Both the position numbers and the translations under genes were made by a program. 55,273 nucleotides of DNA, taken from the NCBI RefSeq assembly GCF_001194135.2, contig NC_068986.1:12924387-12979659 (forward strand), given 5' to 3'. Below the pieces are notes generated by a model. That model made no database searches. It was not told the origin of the DNA and worked only from the letters and a program-made list of their open reading frames with translations. This DNA comes from Octopus bimaculoides. Taxonomy: Eukaryota. Numbering within the stretch: the first letter of the stretch is position 1; every line of letters begins with the position of its first letter. Of the stretch, positions 1 to 11,766 are shown in pieces.

Positions 1-36
<36 letters not shown>

Positions 37-681
37 ATCTTTGTGTTTGCCTGCCACCACCATCATCACTTGACAACTGGTTTTGGTGTGCTGCTAACAT
101 CCTCGGAACTTAGCAGTTCAGCAGAAGAGACCAATAGAATAAGCACCAGGCTTCAAAACAATAATTACTGGGGTTGATTCGTTTGGCTAAAATCCTTCAA
201 GGCTGTGCCCCAGCATGGCCGCAGTCTAATGACTGAAACGAGCGAGAGGTAATAAACCAACTTGCTACTATCATTATAAACACACCACATCAATTAGTGC
301 TATGAATGGGAGTCTTAGTGTTCAGGGTTTCTAATCATGAAAGGGTTAGCAGCAAACAAGAGATGACAAATTACAACACGCTGGATGCCAAAGAAACAGA
401 TATTTCTTCAGAGATGAAAAAAAAGACCCCACTAAACGAGAAATGGCTCTGAATGAGGAGTTTCTGGCCGAATGTACTCACGTGAAATACCGTTCCAAAT
501 AAAATCCCAGAACAATTTGATAGAACTGCAAACCCACAGAAAACCCCTATGTATGATTCTTTTAATTTGTTGAGAATGAAAAATTAGCACATGCAGCCAA
601 AATTAATTTCTTTAGAGATATAGAAGCTCTAAACCTGATAATATTCGTAAAAAATTTAATGTATCCATTAAGTTAATTTAA

Positions 682-914
682 CCCTTTGCCTGTCTTGTGT
701 ACCACATGTGATACACACGACATATTTTCCTGGCATCCATGCATCATGTAGGATACACATTCCCAATTTTTGTTGACTACCAGAGTAACTTGGGACTTAT
801 AAAAGGAAAGCTTTATATTACTCACAACGTAAGAGACAAAGAGAAACTAAAAGTCTGAAAACAAGCAAGGACGTTTAGGACAAATTGGTCAAAATGCTTT
901 GGACAGGCAAAGGG
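682..914. mobile_element. piggyBac-type MITE
   Basis: Perfect 13-bp TIR ccctttgcctgtc/gacaggcaaaggg with TTAA on both sides (678-681, 915-918). Confidence 0.85.
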
Positions 915-1035
915 TTAAAAAAAAAAAGGAAAAATAGAAACCTTAAATAGCATTAAATTAATGAAAAGTGGATTTAAATAAACACTCATGCTCCCACCAA
1001 CAATTTTAGGGGAACATTTGAGCAGCAAACAGATC

Positions 1036-1285
1036 TTACAGTTCATTAGCAGGGTTCTCTGTGGATGGGGCATTCACTTGTTCTGAAGGTTCTGCAGGTT
1101 GTTGTTCTGTTTCTGGCAAAACTTCAGGCTCAGGAACTGGTTCAGGTCGCATTCCCTCTGCCAATTCTATGGTGCAGTTTGGTTGTGTGACATAACGTTT
1201 TGATAACGATGTTCGGCAAAACTCAGACGAACAGATCAAATGGAACCCTTGACCATTCTTTGTGAAAATAAAAGATGAAATGCCA
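1036..1285 (-). CDS. lgl: Lgl exon 18: GISSFIFTKNGQGFHLICSSEF...PANEL; ends at TAA (1036-1038) or splices at 1040
   Basis: Acceptor poly-T + ccag; matches the Lgl C-terminal GI...FT..GQGF....SEF segment followed by a Pro/Glu-rich tail. Confidence 0.9.
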
Positions 1286-1802
1286 CTGGAAAAAAAAAAA
1301 AAAAAAAAAAAAGACAACAGGTAAGTTACCAAGATGGAAAACACAAGGTTATTGTTTTTAACGTACACTTTTCCATGCTTGCAGGGATCGGATGGAATTC
1401 ATAAAGGCAGATTTTCTACAACCAAGATGCCTTTCCTGATGCCAAACTTCACCTGCTTCCAAGAAAGGTAATATTTCTTCGTAGCCAGAGATGTTTATGC
1501 TGAATATTGGAAATGAATGACACTGCTTATATAACAGTGACACTCATTTACAACTGTCCGATGATGTCAGCACAAGGAGACACAGACCAACACTCACATA
1601 TATACATGAACATATGTATACATACATGCATATATACATATATATATATACATACACACACACACACACACACATCATGCAGCTGTTTTAATTAAATACT
1701 GCCATGTCTCAATCATGTATACCAGATTTTTATTATATACATAACTGGCTAAAACATATTTAAAATAAAAAGCATAAAAGAATAAATTTCACATACATTT
1801 CA

Positions 1803-2059
1803 TACTTTTGCTCAACGACCGTTTCACAAAGACAGACACACCACCAAATGAATGATTACATAATTGTCATACAATTAATGTAATTTAAATTAAGTTAAAC
1901 CAGTAACAGTTTTCTGATTAATACAACAATCCTGACAATTTGGGTACATGCAGTTTTTAAATCAATTTAACTTAATTTAAATTAATCATGTACACAATTA
2001 TGTAATTATATATTTGGTGATGCTTGTCTTAATGAAACAGCTGTTGAGCAAAAGGGTAC
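1803..2059. repeat. Imperfect inverted repeat (MITE-like)
   Basis: ttttgctcaac...attacataattgt...ttaaattaagttaaa pairs with tttaacttaatttaa...acaattatgtaat...gttgagcaaaa. Confidence 0.7.
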
Positions 2060-2111
2060 ACTGTGAGATTAATGCTTTTCTTTTACACACACACACACAG
2101 ACACACACACA

Positions 2112-2142
<31 letters not shown>

Positions 2143-2279
2143 CAGACTCCATTCACCTTTAAATAAATTGTAAATGACCAATAATAATGCTTTTCTTGAA
2201 ACTGATAATGTAGGAATTGTTGAATTAATGTTGATTCAAATACTGAAAGAAATGGTAAAAAATGAAAACCATAACTTAC

Positions 2280-2400
2280 TTTAGGTCCTCTTTCTTAATG
2301 GAATTTTCTGCCAGCTGTAACCGAAGACTTGGTAGAGTGTAGATTCTTAATTCTCCGAGATTGGTCAAGCAAGCTATATCAAATTCACTGTAATTTTCAT
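2280..2400 (-). CDS. lgl: Lgl exon 17: ENYSEFDIACLTNLGELRIYTLPSLRLQLAENSIKKEDL
   Basis: Acceptor cccttgttatag, donor AA|gtaagt, 121 nt; LTNLG motif. Confidence 0.94.
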
Positions 2401-2509
2401 CTATAACAAGGGAAAACAAAATGCATAAGGCTGACATGCCATACAGTACATGCTACAATCAAGGATATGTGCTTCCGGGCATTACGATTTTGCCATACTT
2501 CTCTGGAAT

Positions 2510-2830
2510 AATGTTACCCAACAGGGTGCACAGCTCAGAGAGGAAGGAGTCTCTTGGAGTCAAGCCACAAATTCTCTGCATTGAGAGGTCACAACTCCAA
2601 TACTATTGATGTGATTGGAATGTTGCTGGAAAGAATCACAAGATGGACTCTTCAAGCCAAGCCAACCACAGGGGGGAAACCTAGGGGTAGGCCAAGATCA
2701 AGATGGTTGGATAATATCCATAACCTCAGTTGGTCATGCTTGGAAACCCAACTGGAAACCGTAATGGCGGTTACTTCTTACAAGACCCTATGGAGGAGGT
2801 GTCTGAGGATTTTCCTCCCATGACCATCCA
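2510..2830 (+). mobile_element. RTE-clade LINE, 3' ORF2 fragment (degenerate)
   Basis: Frameshifted translation RVHSSERKESLGVKPQILCIERSQLQ / GKPRGRPRSRWLDNIHNLSWSCLE...LWRRCLRIFLP resembles RTE ORF2 C-termini. Confidence 0.75.
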
Positions 2831-3129
2831 AGAAATAGTGGACAGAGAAAATGGAGGGATGGTAAAAAAGAACCAATGGCGCTGTTTCCCTTACATAGCT
2901 ATGAAAGTGAGACATTCACAGACAAAGTGGAGATGAAATCCCAGAGTATTCATTACCTTTGCAAAGTAAATTTGTAACGTAAACAGACAATAACTGAAGG
3001 TTGTATTCCAGATATAACTAACTTTCTCTTCCAATTAATTTTCACAGCTGCAGGTCTCCCTAATGCTAAACATCTGGCTGTGAGGTTATAGTAATACATG
3101 GTACCAACCAGTAAAGCAAAACTATGATA

Positions 3130-3560
3130 GTAATCTTTTCTACACTAGGCACAAGGCCTGATTTTTCGGGGGGGGGGGGCAGTTGATTAGATCGAACCAG
3201 TATGCAACAGGTACTTCATTTATTGACCCTGAAGGATGGAAGGTAAAGTCGACCTCGGTGGAATTTGAACTCAGAACATAAAGATAGATGAAATACCGCA
3301 AGGCATTTCACCTGGCATGCTAACATTTCTTATTTCTTTATTGCCCACAAGGGGTTAAACAGAGGGGACAAACAAGGACAGGTAAAGGGATTAAGTCAAT
3401 TATATCGTCACCAGTGTGTAACTGGTACTTATTTAATTGACCCCGAAAGGATGAAAGGCAAAGTAGACCTCGGTGGAATTTGAACTCAGAGTGTAACGGC
3501 ATACAAAATACTGCTAAGCATTTCGCCCAGCATGCTAACGTTTCTGCCAGCCCGCCGCCT
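3130..3560 (-). mobile_element. Two tandem copies of tRNA-derived SINE family D (two different tails)
   Basis: Head ggcggcgggctggcagaaacgttagc...gagttcaaattcc and central gcctttcatcctttcggggtcaattaaataagtaccag; the copies differ in their 3' tails. Confidence 0.8.
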
Positions 3561-4811
3561 TAAAAATAAGATAATAATAAAATATACTTTGCACATGAGA
3601 TAAATACAACTGGAGATGGAAACCGAATTACACATGCATTATTTTCTCTTCAAGATTTTACCTCAATAATTCATTTAAATATTACTATGCTACAGGTAAT
3701 TATTGCTTTTAACTCCACAACATCGTCACTGTTTAACCTGTAATAAGTCATTAATGTAAGTTGGAACAAATGTCTCCTTATATGTAACGTGTTCATGTTG
3801 TAACATGATGTAAGTAGAAAGCATTGTCAGAAGGCAGTTCATTTATAACAAAGCAAACTATATTTAATTCAATGAGTGCTGCCAAGTAGTATCAATGATA
3901 AGTAGTGAGAGTCGGGGCCTTTATATGTATGTAAGGTATGAATGTAAGTCAGGAAAGCCAAAATAACTTATGTAGGCATGAATGAGAAGCCATAAGCTGT
4001 GATAAGCGAGAAGTCATAAGCTGGTCTGTGTTAGCTGGGACGAGAAAGAATTATTCGTCATATCAATTGTGTTGAGGGAACTGGACTGTAAAAGATGTCT
4101 ACGGTACTAAGCTGATGCAAGAAACTAGGAGCTGTTCACGATGAAGAACATCCTTCTGCTAACTAAATTGAAAACTGTGCACAACACTGCTGGGCAGAAG
4201 CCGCTGTGTATTAATTAGTCCACAGTTAGCTCCAATTGGCTGGTGTGGCTAGAGCATAACTGTGCTAATGCGTGGCCACCAAATATGGCTTCCCTGGTCA
4301 CTACAAACCTTATCACGTCATGTTCTTGGTATAGTGGGAATAGCCTAAATGACATCCCAGCTAGATTCCCATTAAAATGGTAATGAACAATACACATAAA
4401 ATAAAGATAAAATATTCAAAATAGACAGCCAATCATATTGCAGCTTTGTAGTCAAGTGTGTTTAAGACTCAGTATTAATCATATCCACAACAGTTGAATT
4501 TTACTTTTTCTGAGAGAGTCAGAATGACCAAAGTGGAGCAGGAAAGAGAAAAATAGTGATGATGAGGTATCAGGATGGACCTTCAGAACAGACAACTCTA
4601 TTATAATTCTACAGCCAACATGAGAGATAAAAGAAGACAGTTACCATGGCAACTGTAGCTGGTAATGGCAATAGTAATAATGATGATAATATAGGTCATG
4701 TCTCAACTTATCACTGTGGTGGGGGTGGGGTGGGGGTAGTGGTAATAACTATAAGTATGGTAGGTGATAGTGATGATGATGATGATGAAATTCTATTGAG
4801 AAGTTACTTAC

Positions 4812-4917
4812 CACTACGACTCCTGAAGTTGACAAAAGACACTTTCCGAACCATTGATCCATCGATGACTGTAAGTTTGCGCTTGCACACTGGTTTTAGA
4901 TTAGGAAGGGAAAATAC
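4812..4917 (-). CDS. lgl: Lgl exon 16: VFSLPNLKPVCKRKLTVIDGSMVRKVSFVNFRSRS
   Basis: Acceptor ccatccacag, donor G|gtaagt, 106 nt. Confidence 0.94.
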
Positions 4918-5200
4918 CTGTGGATGGCAAAACAGAGAATAGGGAGGGAAAAAAAAACAAAAAAAAACTGTACTGAATGTAAAGACCATTTCATAAACAA
5001 TATTAAAAAAATCATCAAAGAGATACAATTCCTATTTTAAACCAGTCAAAGTATTCTATGAACAGCCGAACACAACTGGTGTGAATGAAACCTCAAATGA
5101 TATGAATAACATGTCGAATGGTATAAATATTCAAATGGCATGACTTAAACCCCAAAGAGCATGAATAAAACTATAAATGCCTGGAACTTCTAAATGGTTA

Positions 5201-5580
5201 CTCTTTTACTCTTTTACTGGTTTCAGTCATTTGACTGTGGCCATGCTGGAGCACCACCTTTAGTCGAACAAATCGACCACAGGACTTATTCTTTCTAAGC
5301 CTAGTATTTATTCTATCGGCCTCTTTTGCCGAACCGCTAAGTTACGGGGATGTAATCATACCAGCATCAGTTGTTAAGCGATGTTGGGGGGACAAACACA
5401 GACACACACATATATATATGACGGGCTTCTTCCGGTTTCCGTCTACCAAATCCACTCACAAGGCTCTGGTCAGCCTGAGGCTATAGTAGAAGACACTTGC
5501 CCAAGGTGCCATGCAGTGGGGCTGAACCCGGAACCATGTGGTTCTCAAACAAGCTACTTACCACACAGCCACTCCTACGC
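5201..5580 (-). mobile_element. tRNA-derived SINE family A, tail 1 (full length)
   Basis: Head with A/B-box-like motifs (tggctgtgtggtaag...gggttcagcccc), CORE-like ggcaccttgggcaagtgtctt segment, (TG)n linker and tail ending (gtaaaaga)n; many copies in the window. Confidence 0.85.
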
Positions 5581-5782
5581 CTTACTTATAAATAGCAAGA
5601 TTCATCGACTGGAGAATATTGATCTCAAAATGATAAAATTGGGATTATGGCTTTCCACAAATTTTAGAGACATTGTTACAACAAGTAATCCCAAACAGGC
5701 ATTTTAGAGATTAGATACCATTTCTACAAGCAATCCATTCATTTGTCAAAGAGAAATTGGAACCTATGTTAGCCATCAGGGT

Positions 5783-6097
5783 ACACGGACAGGATGTCAA
5801 ATGTACCTTTGCCAAAGGACAAGAAACCAAACAGACATAAAGCTGAATGGACAAGATGCCAAAAAGACATACAAAAATTAAAATACATGATAACCATTTT
5901 ATTCCTACAATATGACCATTTGACAGGCTAAAATGGTCATTAAACTATGTAGGTAGGAGTGGTTTTTTTATTTTTTTTTATCATTATTATCATTGTGTCT
6001 GAGTAGCTTTATGTCTGTCTGGCATTGTGTCCATTCAGTTTCTTGGCTTTGGTTTCTTGTCCTTTGGCAAAAGTGCACTTGGCATTCTGTCCATGCA
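5783..6097. repeat. Imperfect inverted repeat / foldback-like element
   Basis: ctttgccaaaggacaagaaaccaaa pairs with tttggtttcttgtcctttggcaaaag; internal subrepeats. Confidence 0.7.
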
Positions 6098-6805
6098 CAA
6101 CCACCAAACTGAGCCTTAAGGTGTGATGAGACACATGAAGGTCACAAGACTGGCAGCAAAAATAGTTGTAGAATCTGCAATTTTTACACCAAATGTTACC
6201 ATTTTTTGACTCCAGCTTTTTACCTTTCTGAGATCAATAAAACTAGCACAACGATATACTACTGGTATAATTAATTTGATTACATGCTTTTTGGAATAAC
6301 GCTGCAACTAAAATTAGAAGCCATTATTACAATTATACTATGTAACAATTAAACAAAGGAGAGGCTTTACTACGTCAGCTTTTCAGACCTGCCTAGGCTG
6401 ATTGACAGGGAAAAATAGGCGAGATTAATTCAGCTAATCTAAACATAATTTACACATTTATCTATCTAAAATATACGCACCAAATAACCCCATGTATTTT
6501 TTAGTTCATAATTTCGACCTTTTTGATACCAACTAGCCTAACTCCACACACTCGTTCTATGATACAAACTTCTGATTTTTAAGTGGTCTACATTAAAAAC
6601 CTACCAAAATTTTCATGTCAATTTATGTTCTAAACTCCAGCTCAGTAGCAGTAGCAGTAGTAGTAGTAGTATTTCACTAAATTCTTCATTATTTTTTCAA
6701 AATTAATCAAAAGAAAAAGGCAGTATATTTCAACAGAAATCTGCTAACAGAATGTGTTTTAAACCCGTTTTAAGGGCATGAAATTTCAGCCAAGAATTCA
6801 CCCAC

Positions 6806-7089
6806 CTTGAACTGTTCTTCTGAACAAACAACTAGTTGGTGTTCCCCACTCATATCGGCAGCCTTGGCACGTTCATGTAACACTTCAAGCGGTTCTGGTA
6901 GCACACGAGCTCTTTTGTCGATAACAGCCATAGAAATGACAGGAGCTCTATGGCGTAGTTTTATTTCTTTAGCAAGGAATGAACTAACAGATTCAGAGGC
7001 ACGTTTGTCACTTGGTGGAATTGTTATTGTGTAGATATATACGTATCCAGCATTGGTACCCACCCACAGTGTAGGTTGAGGAGATGTAT
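6806..7089 (-). CDS. lgl: Lgl exon 15: TSPQPTLWVGTNAGYVY...AKEIKLRHRAPV...HQLVVCSEEQFK
   Basis: Acceptor tttttctgcag, donor AAG|gtgggt, 284 nt. Confidence 0.96.
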
Positions 7090-8262
7090 CTGCAGAAAAA
7101 GGAAAAATTCATTTTTTGGACATCATTTTTTGTCGTCATCATCAACTCCTGTAAAGGTACATGGATTAGTGTATTCAGCTTACAATCATTAGGTTGTGAG
7201 TTCAGTTCCTGGTGGTGTGTGAAATACCCTAACCACTAAACCATGAACCTTCGCCAAAAAACATGCAATTTTCCTGTCAATATAGCCATATTTAATATAC
7301 AAGTATATTTCACAATCAAATCTACGAAGTAGCAAATAAATTAAATGATAAAATTTTTTAAAAACTCCAGTTGTCATCTTGTTTCAATGTATCAACACTT
7401 ATAAGGCAATAATAGTTTAATTAAATACATATTCAAATTTGTAAATAAGTCACTAATTCACAAAAAAGATGAAGCTCAAAACATTAATATTCTTTGGAAA
7501 ACTTTGAATGACATTTTGCAGCAAATTTGTCAAGTGCTGAATATTCCCTTCCTTTACCGAACATCTCTCTCCCTCACACACACACACACACACACACACA
7601 CGATAGGTTTATTTCTATTTTTGAAATCCACTCACAAGGCTTTGGTTGACCACTTGGCAAAGGTACTGTACAGTGGGACCGAACCCAAACGCACGTGATT
7701 GGGAAGCAAGCTTCTTAACTTCACAGCCATGTCTGTGCTTATAAAAAGCCACACCTAATTGCTGTGCTTCATTTTATGTCCACTTTCCATGCTGGCATGA
7801 GTCAGAGACGATGTCACAATCCGACTCGGTACTTAATCAGTTTTACTGCCCTCACAGGCAGGTCAGAAGACCATCTATTGACATACATTTCCTCTTAGAC
7901 TTGGCTTCTAAAAAGGGATGCCCTTCCTATCACCAACCACTTTACAGATTGTACCAAGTGTATTTTATCATGACATCAGCACTAGACAAATAATCAGATC
8001 TTCAACAAAAATAGAGGGTCTTTTCAACTCTTATCTCTGCTTGTTTGTCAACCACTTCACAAAGTGCATTGCAAGCATTTTAGCCTGACACCAACACTAA
8101 AGAGGGTGGCTTGTCTTCAAAAAGATTAAAGAGTCCTTCAGACCATACATTGTCTGTACTCGTTTGCTAACCACTTTACAGAGCGCACTGGGTATATTTT
8201 ATTAGGGCACCAGCATTGATGAGATTATCTTGTTCCTTGTAAGAGTAAAGAGCCCTTTTATC

Positions 8263-8670
8263 ATCATCATCATCTAATACCCATTCTCCATGCTGGCATG
8301 GGTTGGACAGTTTGACAACAGCTGGCAAACTGGAGGATTATGCCGAGTTCTTCTGTTTGTTTTAGCATGGTTTCTGTAGCAGGATGACCTTCTTAATGCC
8401 AACCACTTTACAGAGTGCACCGGGTGCTTTTTACATGGCACCAGCTCCAGTGGGACCACCAAATAACTTGCAAGACAAGAGAGATTCCTTTTGATGGGAA
8501 GGAGTCATATTGAGGGCAGTGGCTTTGTGCCGGTTGATGAGAGGTTGAAAGAATAACAAAGGGATAGAGGTAGGTGTCTTGCTGTAGAAGAGATACAAGG
8601 ACACCCAAGTTGGAGAAGAAGGGAGGAGACTTAGAGTGTGAGAGATGGTGGTGGATGCATGTCAAGACAT
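8263..8670 (-). mobile_element. Family B tail with long pyrimidine-rich body (possible LINE 3' UTR)
   Basis: A similar body plus tail is seen at about 22480-22940 (+) and 26120-26480 (+). Confidence 0.55.
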
Positions 8671-8816
8671 ACCCTCAAGGCACAGAGGGCAGTTATTTTA
8701 AATTTTGAAACTGGAATTCTGCAAGATTGAGTTGATAAAATAAATATCAACTACAAACTGGACCCAATTCTATCACAACTACATTGTCCTTGCTGGTAGG
8801 AATTACCATAGTGCCC

Positions 8817-9212
8817 ATCATCATCATTTAAATGTCCCCTTTTCCATGCCTGTATATGTCACATGGAGTTTACTGATGCAGATTCTCAATGGCCTGATGA
8901 TCTTCCTGTTGCCAACCCTCACCTGTTCGTCACCAGTTTCCAAATGAAAGCAGTATTGCCCCAAGGCCAGACATGTTTCTGAATACCACTCATTTATATC
9001 AATCACGAAACGTCAGACATGGAGACACAAATATACACAGTCACACACATATATGACAGGCTTCTTTCAGTTTCCACCTACAAAATCCACTCACAAGGCT
9101 TTTGCCAACCCAGGGCTAAAGTAGAAGATACTTTGGCCAAGGTACCACACAGTAGGACTGAACCCAAAACCATAAGGTTGGGAAGCAAACTTTTTAACCA
9201 CACAGCCACAGC
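8817..9212 (-). mobile_element. SINE family A head with alternative tail 2 ending (GAT)n
   Basis: Same head/core as family A but a different 3' part. Also at about 30257-30645, 33975-34330, 39205-39605, 43385-43655, 46728-47108 and 49700-50055; tail only at 1360-1675 and 54835-55095. Confidence 0.8.
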
Positions 9213-9466
9213 TATTCACAAAAGAGAAATGTATAACCTAAAATTTGAGTAAGAAAGGAGATTCTCTTCAAAGTGAGAAGACTTTCCAAATTCTTCAAAC
9301 CCTCACCACTCAAATATAGAATCACCAATGCGAAACAAGGTTCTCAAGACTGGCCTAACCTTCCACTTCCAAAGTCTTTTCTCTTGTAAAATCCTTCTCC
9401 ATCGACCCAAAATATCTTTCTATGACAAAAGAGACTCGGATAAAATAATATAAGCAAGTTACTTAC

Positions 9467-9660
9467 TGTTGATTGCAAAAGTATCTGCGAAATACAAGAA
9501 TCTCACTATGGAGGCCATGGAATCATCCAAACTCCGGGCTTCTACTTGCCTCTCCATTGGCTTTAATTCTGGAGATGATGACAACGGAGATGCACTAGCA
9601 GAAGCACCTTCAGCTGGCGCCGTGCCTTCAGTAGAGGCTGCTTCTCCTCCTTCAATCTCA
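9467..9660 (-). CDS. lgl: Lgl exon 14: EIEGGEAAST...PMERQVEARSLDDSMASIVRFLYFADTFAIN
   Basis: Acceptor ttttattgtag, donor A|gtaagt, 194 nt. Confidence 0.93.
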
Positions 9661-9912
9661 CTACAATAAAAAAAATTAGTAAAACAAAAAAAATACAAAT
9701 TAAACCAAATACAAACAGCAAAACAAAAAAAAAGACAGGCATCTTTTATCTTTTAAACTTCAAGTGATTTGTGCTTTTAATTTAGTGATTATGCAAATGA
9801 ACATTAACAATATAAATCAGTGGTACTCAACAAAGGTCCACATGACCCTAAGGGGTCCATATATGATCTAGTTAGAATTTATGGGCAGTAAATTGCTTAT
9901 ATTTCTACAATT

Positions 9913-10292
9913 TCTTTTATTCTTTCACTTGTTTCAGTCATTTGACTGTGGCCATGCTGGAGCACAACCTTTAGTCAAACAAATTGAACCCAAGACTTAT
10001 TCTTTGTAAGCCTAGTACTTATTCCATCGGTCTCTTTTGCCGAACTGCTAAGTTATGGGTGGACGTAAACACACCAAAATGGTGGCAGGGACAAACAGAC
10101 ACACACACAAATATACATATATATTTATACACGACGGGCTTCTTTCAGTTTCCATCTACCAAATTCACTCACAAGGATTTGGTGGGTCCGAGGCTATAGT
10201 AGAAGACACTGGCCCAAGGTGCCATGCAGTGGGACTGAACTCAGAACCATGTGGTTGGGAAGCAAGCTTCTTACCACATGACCACACTGCAC
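9913..10292 (-). mobile_element. SINE family A, tail 1
   Basis: Collinear with 5201-5580. Confidence 0.85.
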
Positions 10293-10429
10293 TTACACAA
10301 AATATTTTAACCTTTTTTTTGTTTTTTTAATACAATTCCTAGTAAAATTTAATTATAAAAAATATATTAGGATTTTTTTTTTAATGGCTATGAGGGTATC
10401 CAGTAGAGTAAAATAGCTGTCAAAGGGGT

Positions 10430-10564
10430 CCTGCTTCCCAACCACATGGTTCTGGGTTCAGTCCCACTGCGTGGCACCTTGGGCAAGTGTCTTCTACTAT
10501 AGCCACAGGCCAACCATAGCCTTGTGAGTGGATCTGGTAGACAGAAACTGATGGAAGCCCTTTG

Positions 10565-10611
<47 letters not shown>

Positions 10612-10830
10612 ATGTGTGTATGTATGCATGTGTATGTGTGTGTTTGCCCCTCAACATCGCTTGACAACCAATGCTGGTGTGTTTACGTCCCTGTAACTTA
10701 GCAGTTTAGCAAAAAAGACTGCTAAAACAAGTACTAGGCTTACAAAGAATAAGTCCTGGGGTTGATTTGCTTGACTAAAGTGGTGCTCCAGCATGGACAC
10801 AGTCAAATGACTGAAACAAATAAAAGAATA
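10430..10830 (+). mobile_element. SINE family A, tail 1 (opposite orientation)
   Basis: Reverse complement of the preceding copy. Confidence 0.85.
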
Positions 10831-11541
10831 GATATTTCTTAACATTTTCAAAACCAGACAAACTCATTACCAAAGTTTCTCTGAAAGTCAAGAATTTACC
10901 ATTTTTTTTCTTCTCAATCATTTACCATATGTTTAAACTTCACACAAGAAATACAAATGCATTCTGTAATTCTAAACATTGTATGACCATATTCAGAGGT
11001 GGGTACGGATGGATTTTTTTCTCTCACCTACCCAACAGAGTTGAGTTAAATACTGAATGTGTGCAAATCAATGAGAGAGCCTCAACTTGACCTGCTAAGA
11101 AGTAGTAGCCAAACCATCTTCGAATCACACTCTGTTGTCTTCAATAAATAAACACACATTAAGTAACGCAGTCCAAGACATTTAAAAACAGAAATGGATG
11201 GTTACAACTGGATAAGTTTTTGATCAAAGGTCTGCTCAATTAAGGGTGACCCCGGGGTTAAATAACAATAACAAAACTACGGAATGGTAGGCTTTGCAAA
11301 AGGATAGGCCATTAAAGAACCCTTCACCCCTGATTAAACAACCCTTGGTTTATTTATTTATAGATCTTTGAAATCATCTGCTTTGTTCCTGGTCATCTTT
11401 ATTATGATGTAATAAGATTGTTGTTGAGTAGCGTTCAGGAGCGCTATGGCTTGCCAAAAAAGGCGACAGAGCAGAGATATAAGTCAGGTAAAGAAAGACA
11501 GCAATGAAAGCCAAAACAACATGCACAGCACACAGAATTAA

Positions 11542-11766
11542 CCCTTTTGCTACCAACCCGGTTGAAACTGCCTCTGGCTCTGTAGTACAAATGTCTGGTT
11601 TTCATAAGCTTTGAATTAAAATCTTCCATCAAACCTTAGTCACAATTTATGTTCCTAACACTAGCTGAATGATAATAACTAAGTTATTTTAATAAATTCT
11701 TTGTTATATTTAAAATTTACTTAAAGAAACACAGAGCATCTCAACAGAAATATGGTAACAAAAGGG
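11542..11766. mobile_element. piggyBac-type MITE family 1
   Basis: TTAA flanks, TIR cccttttgctacc/ggtaacaaaaggg. Confidence 0.85.

Noticed and set aside
9820-9870. hAT-like termini (cagtggtactcaac; also 21447 and 45120)
   Set aside because: Only one end recognisable and no TSD, so not supportable as elements.
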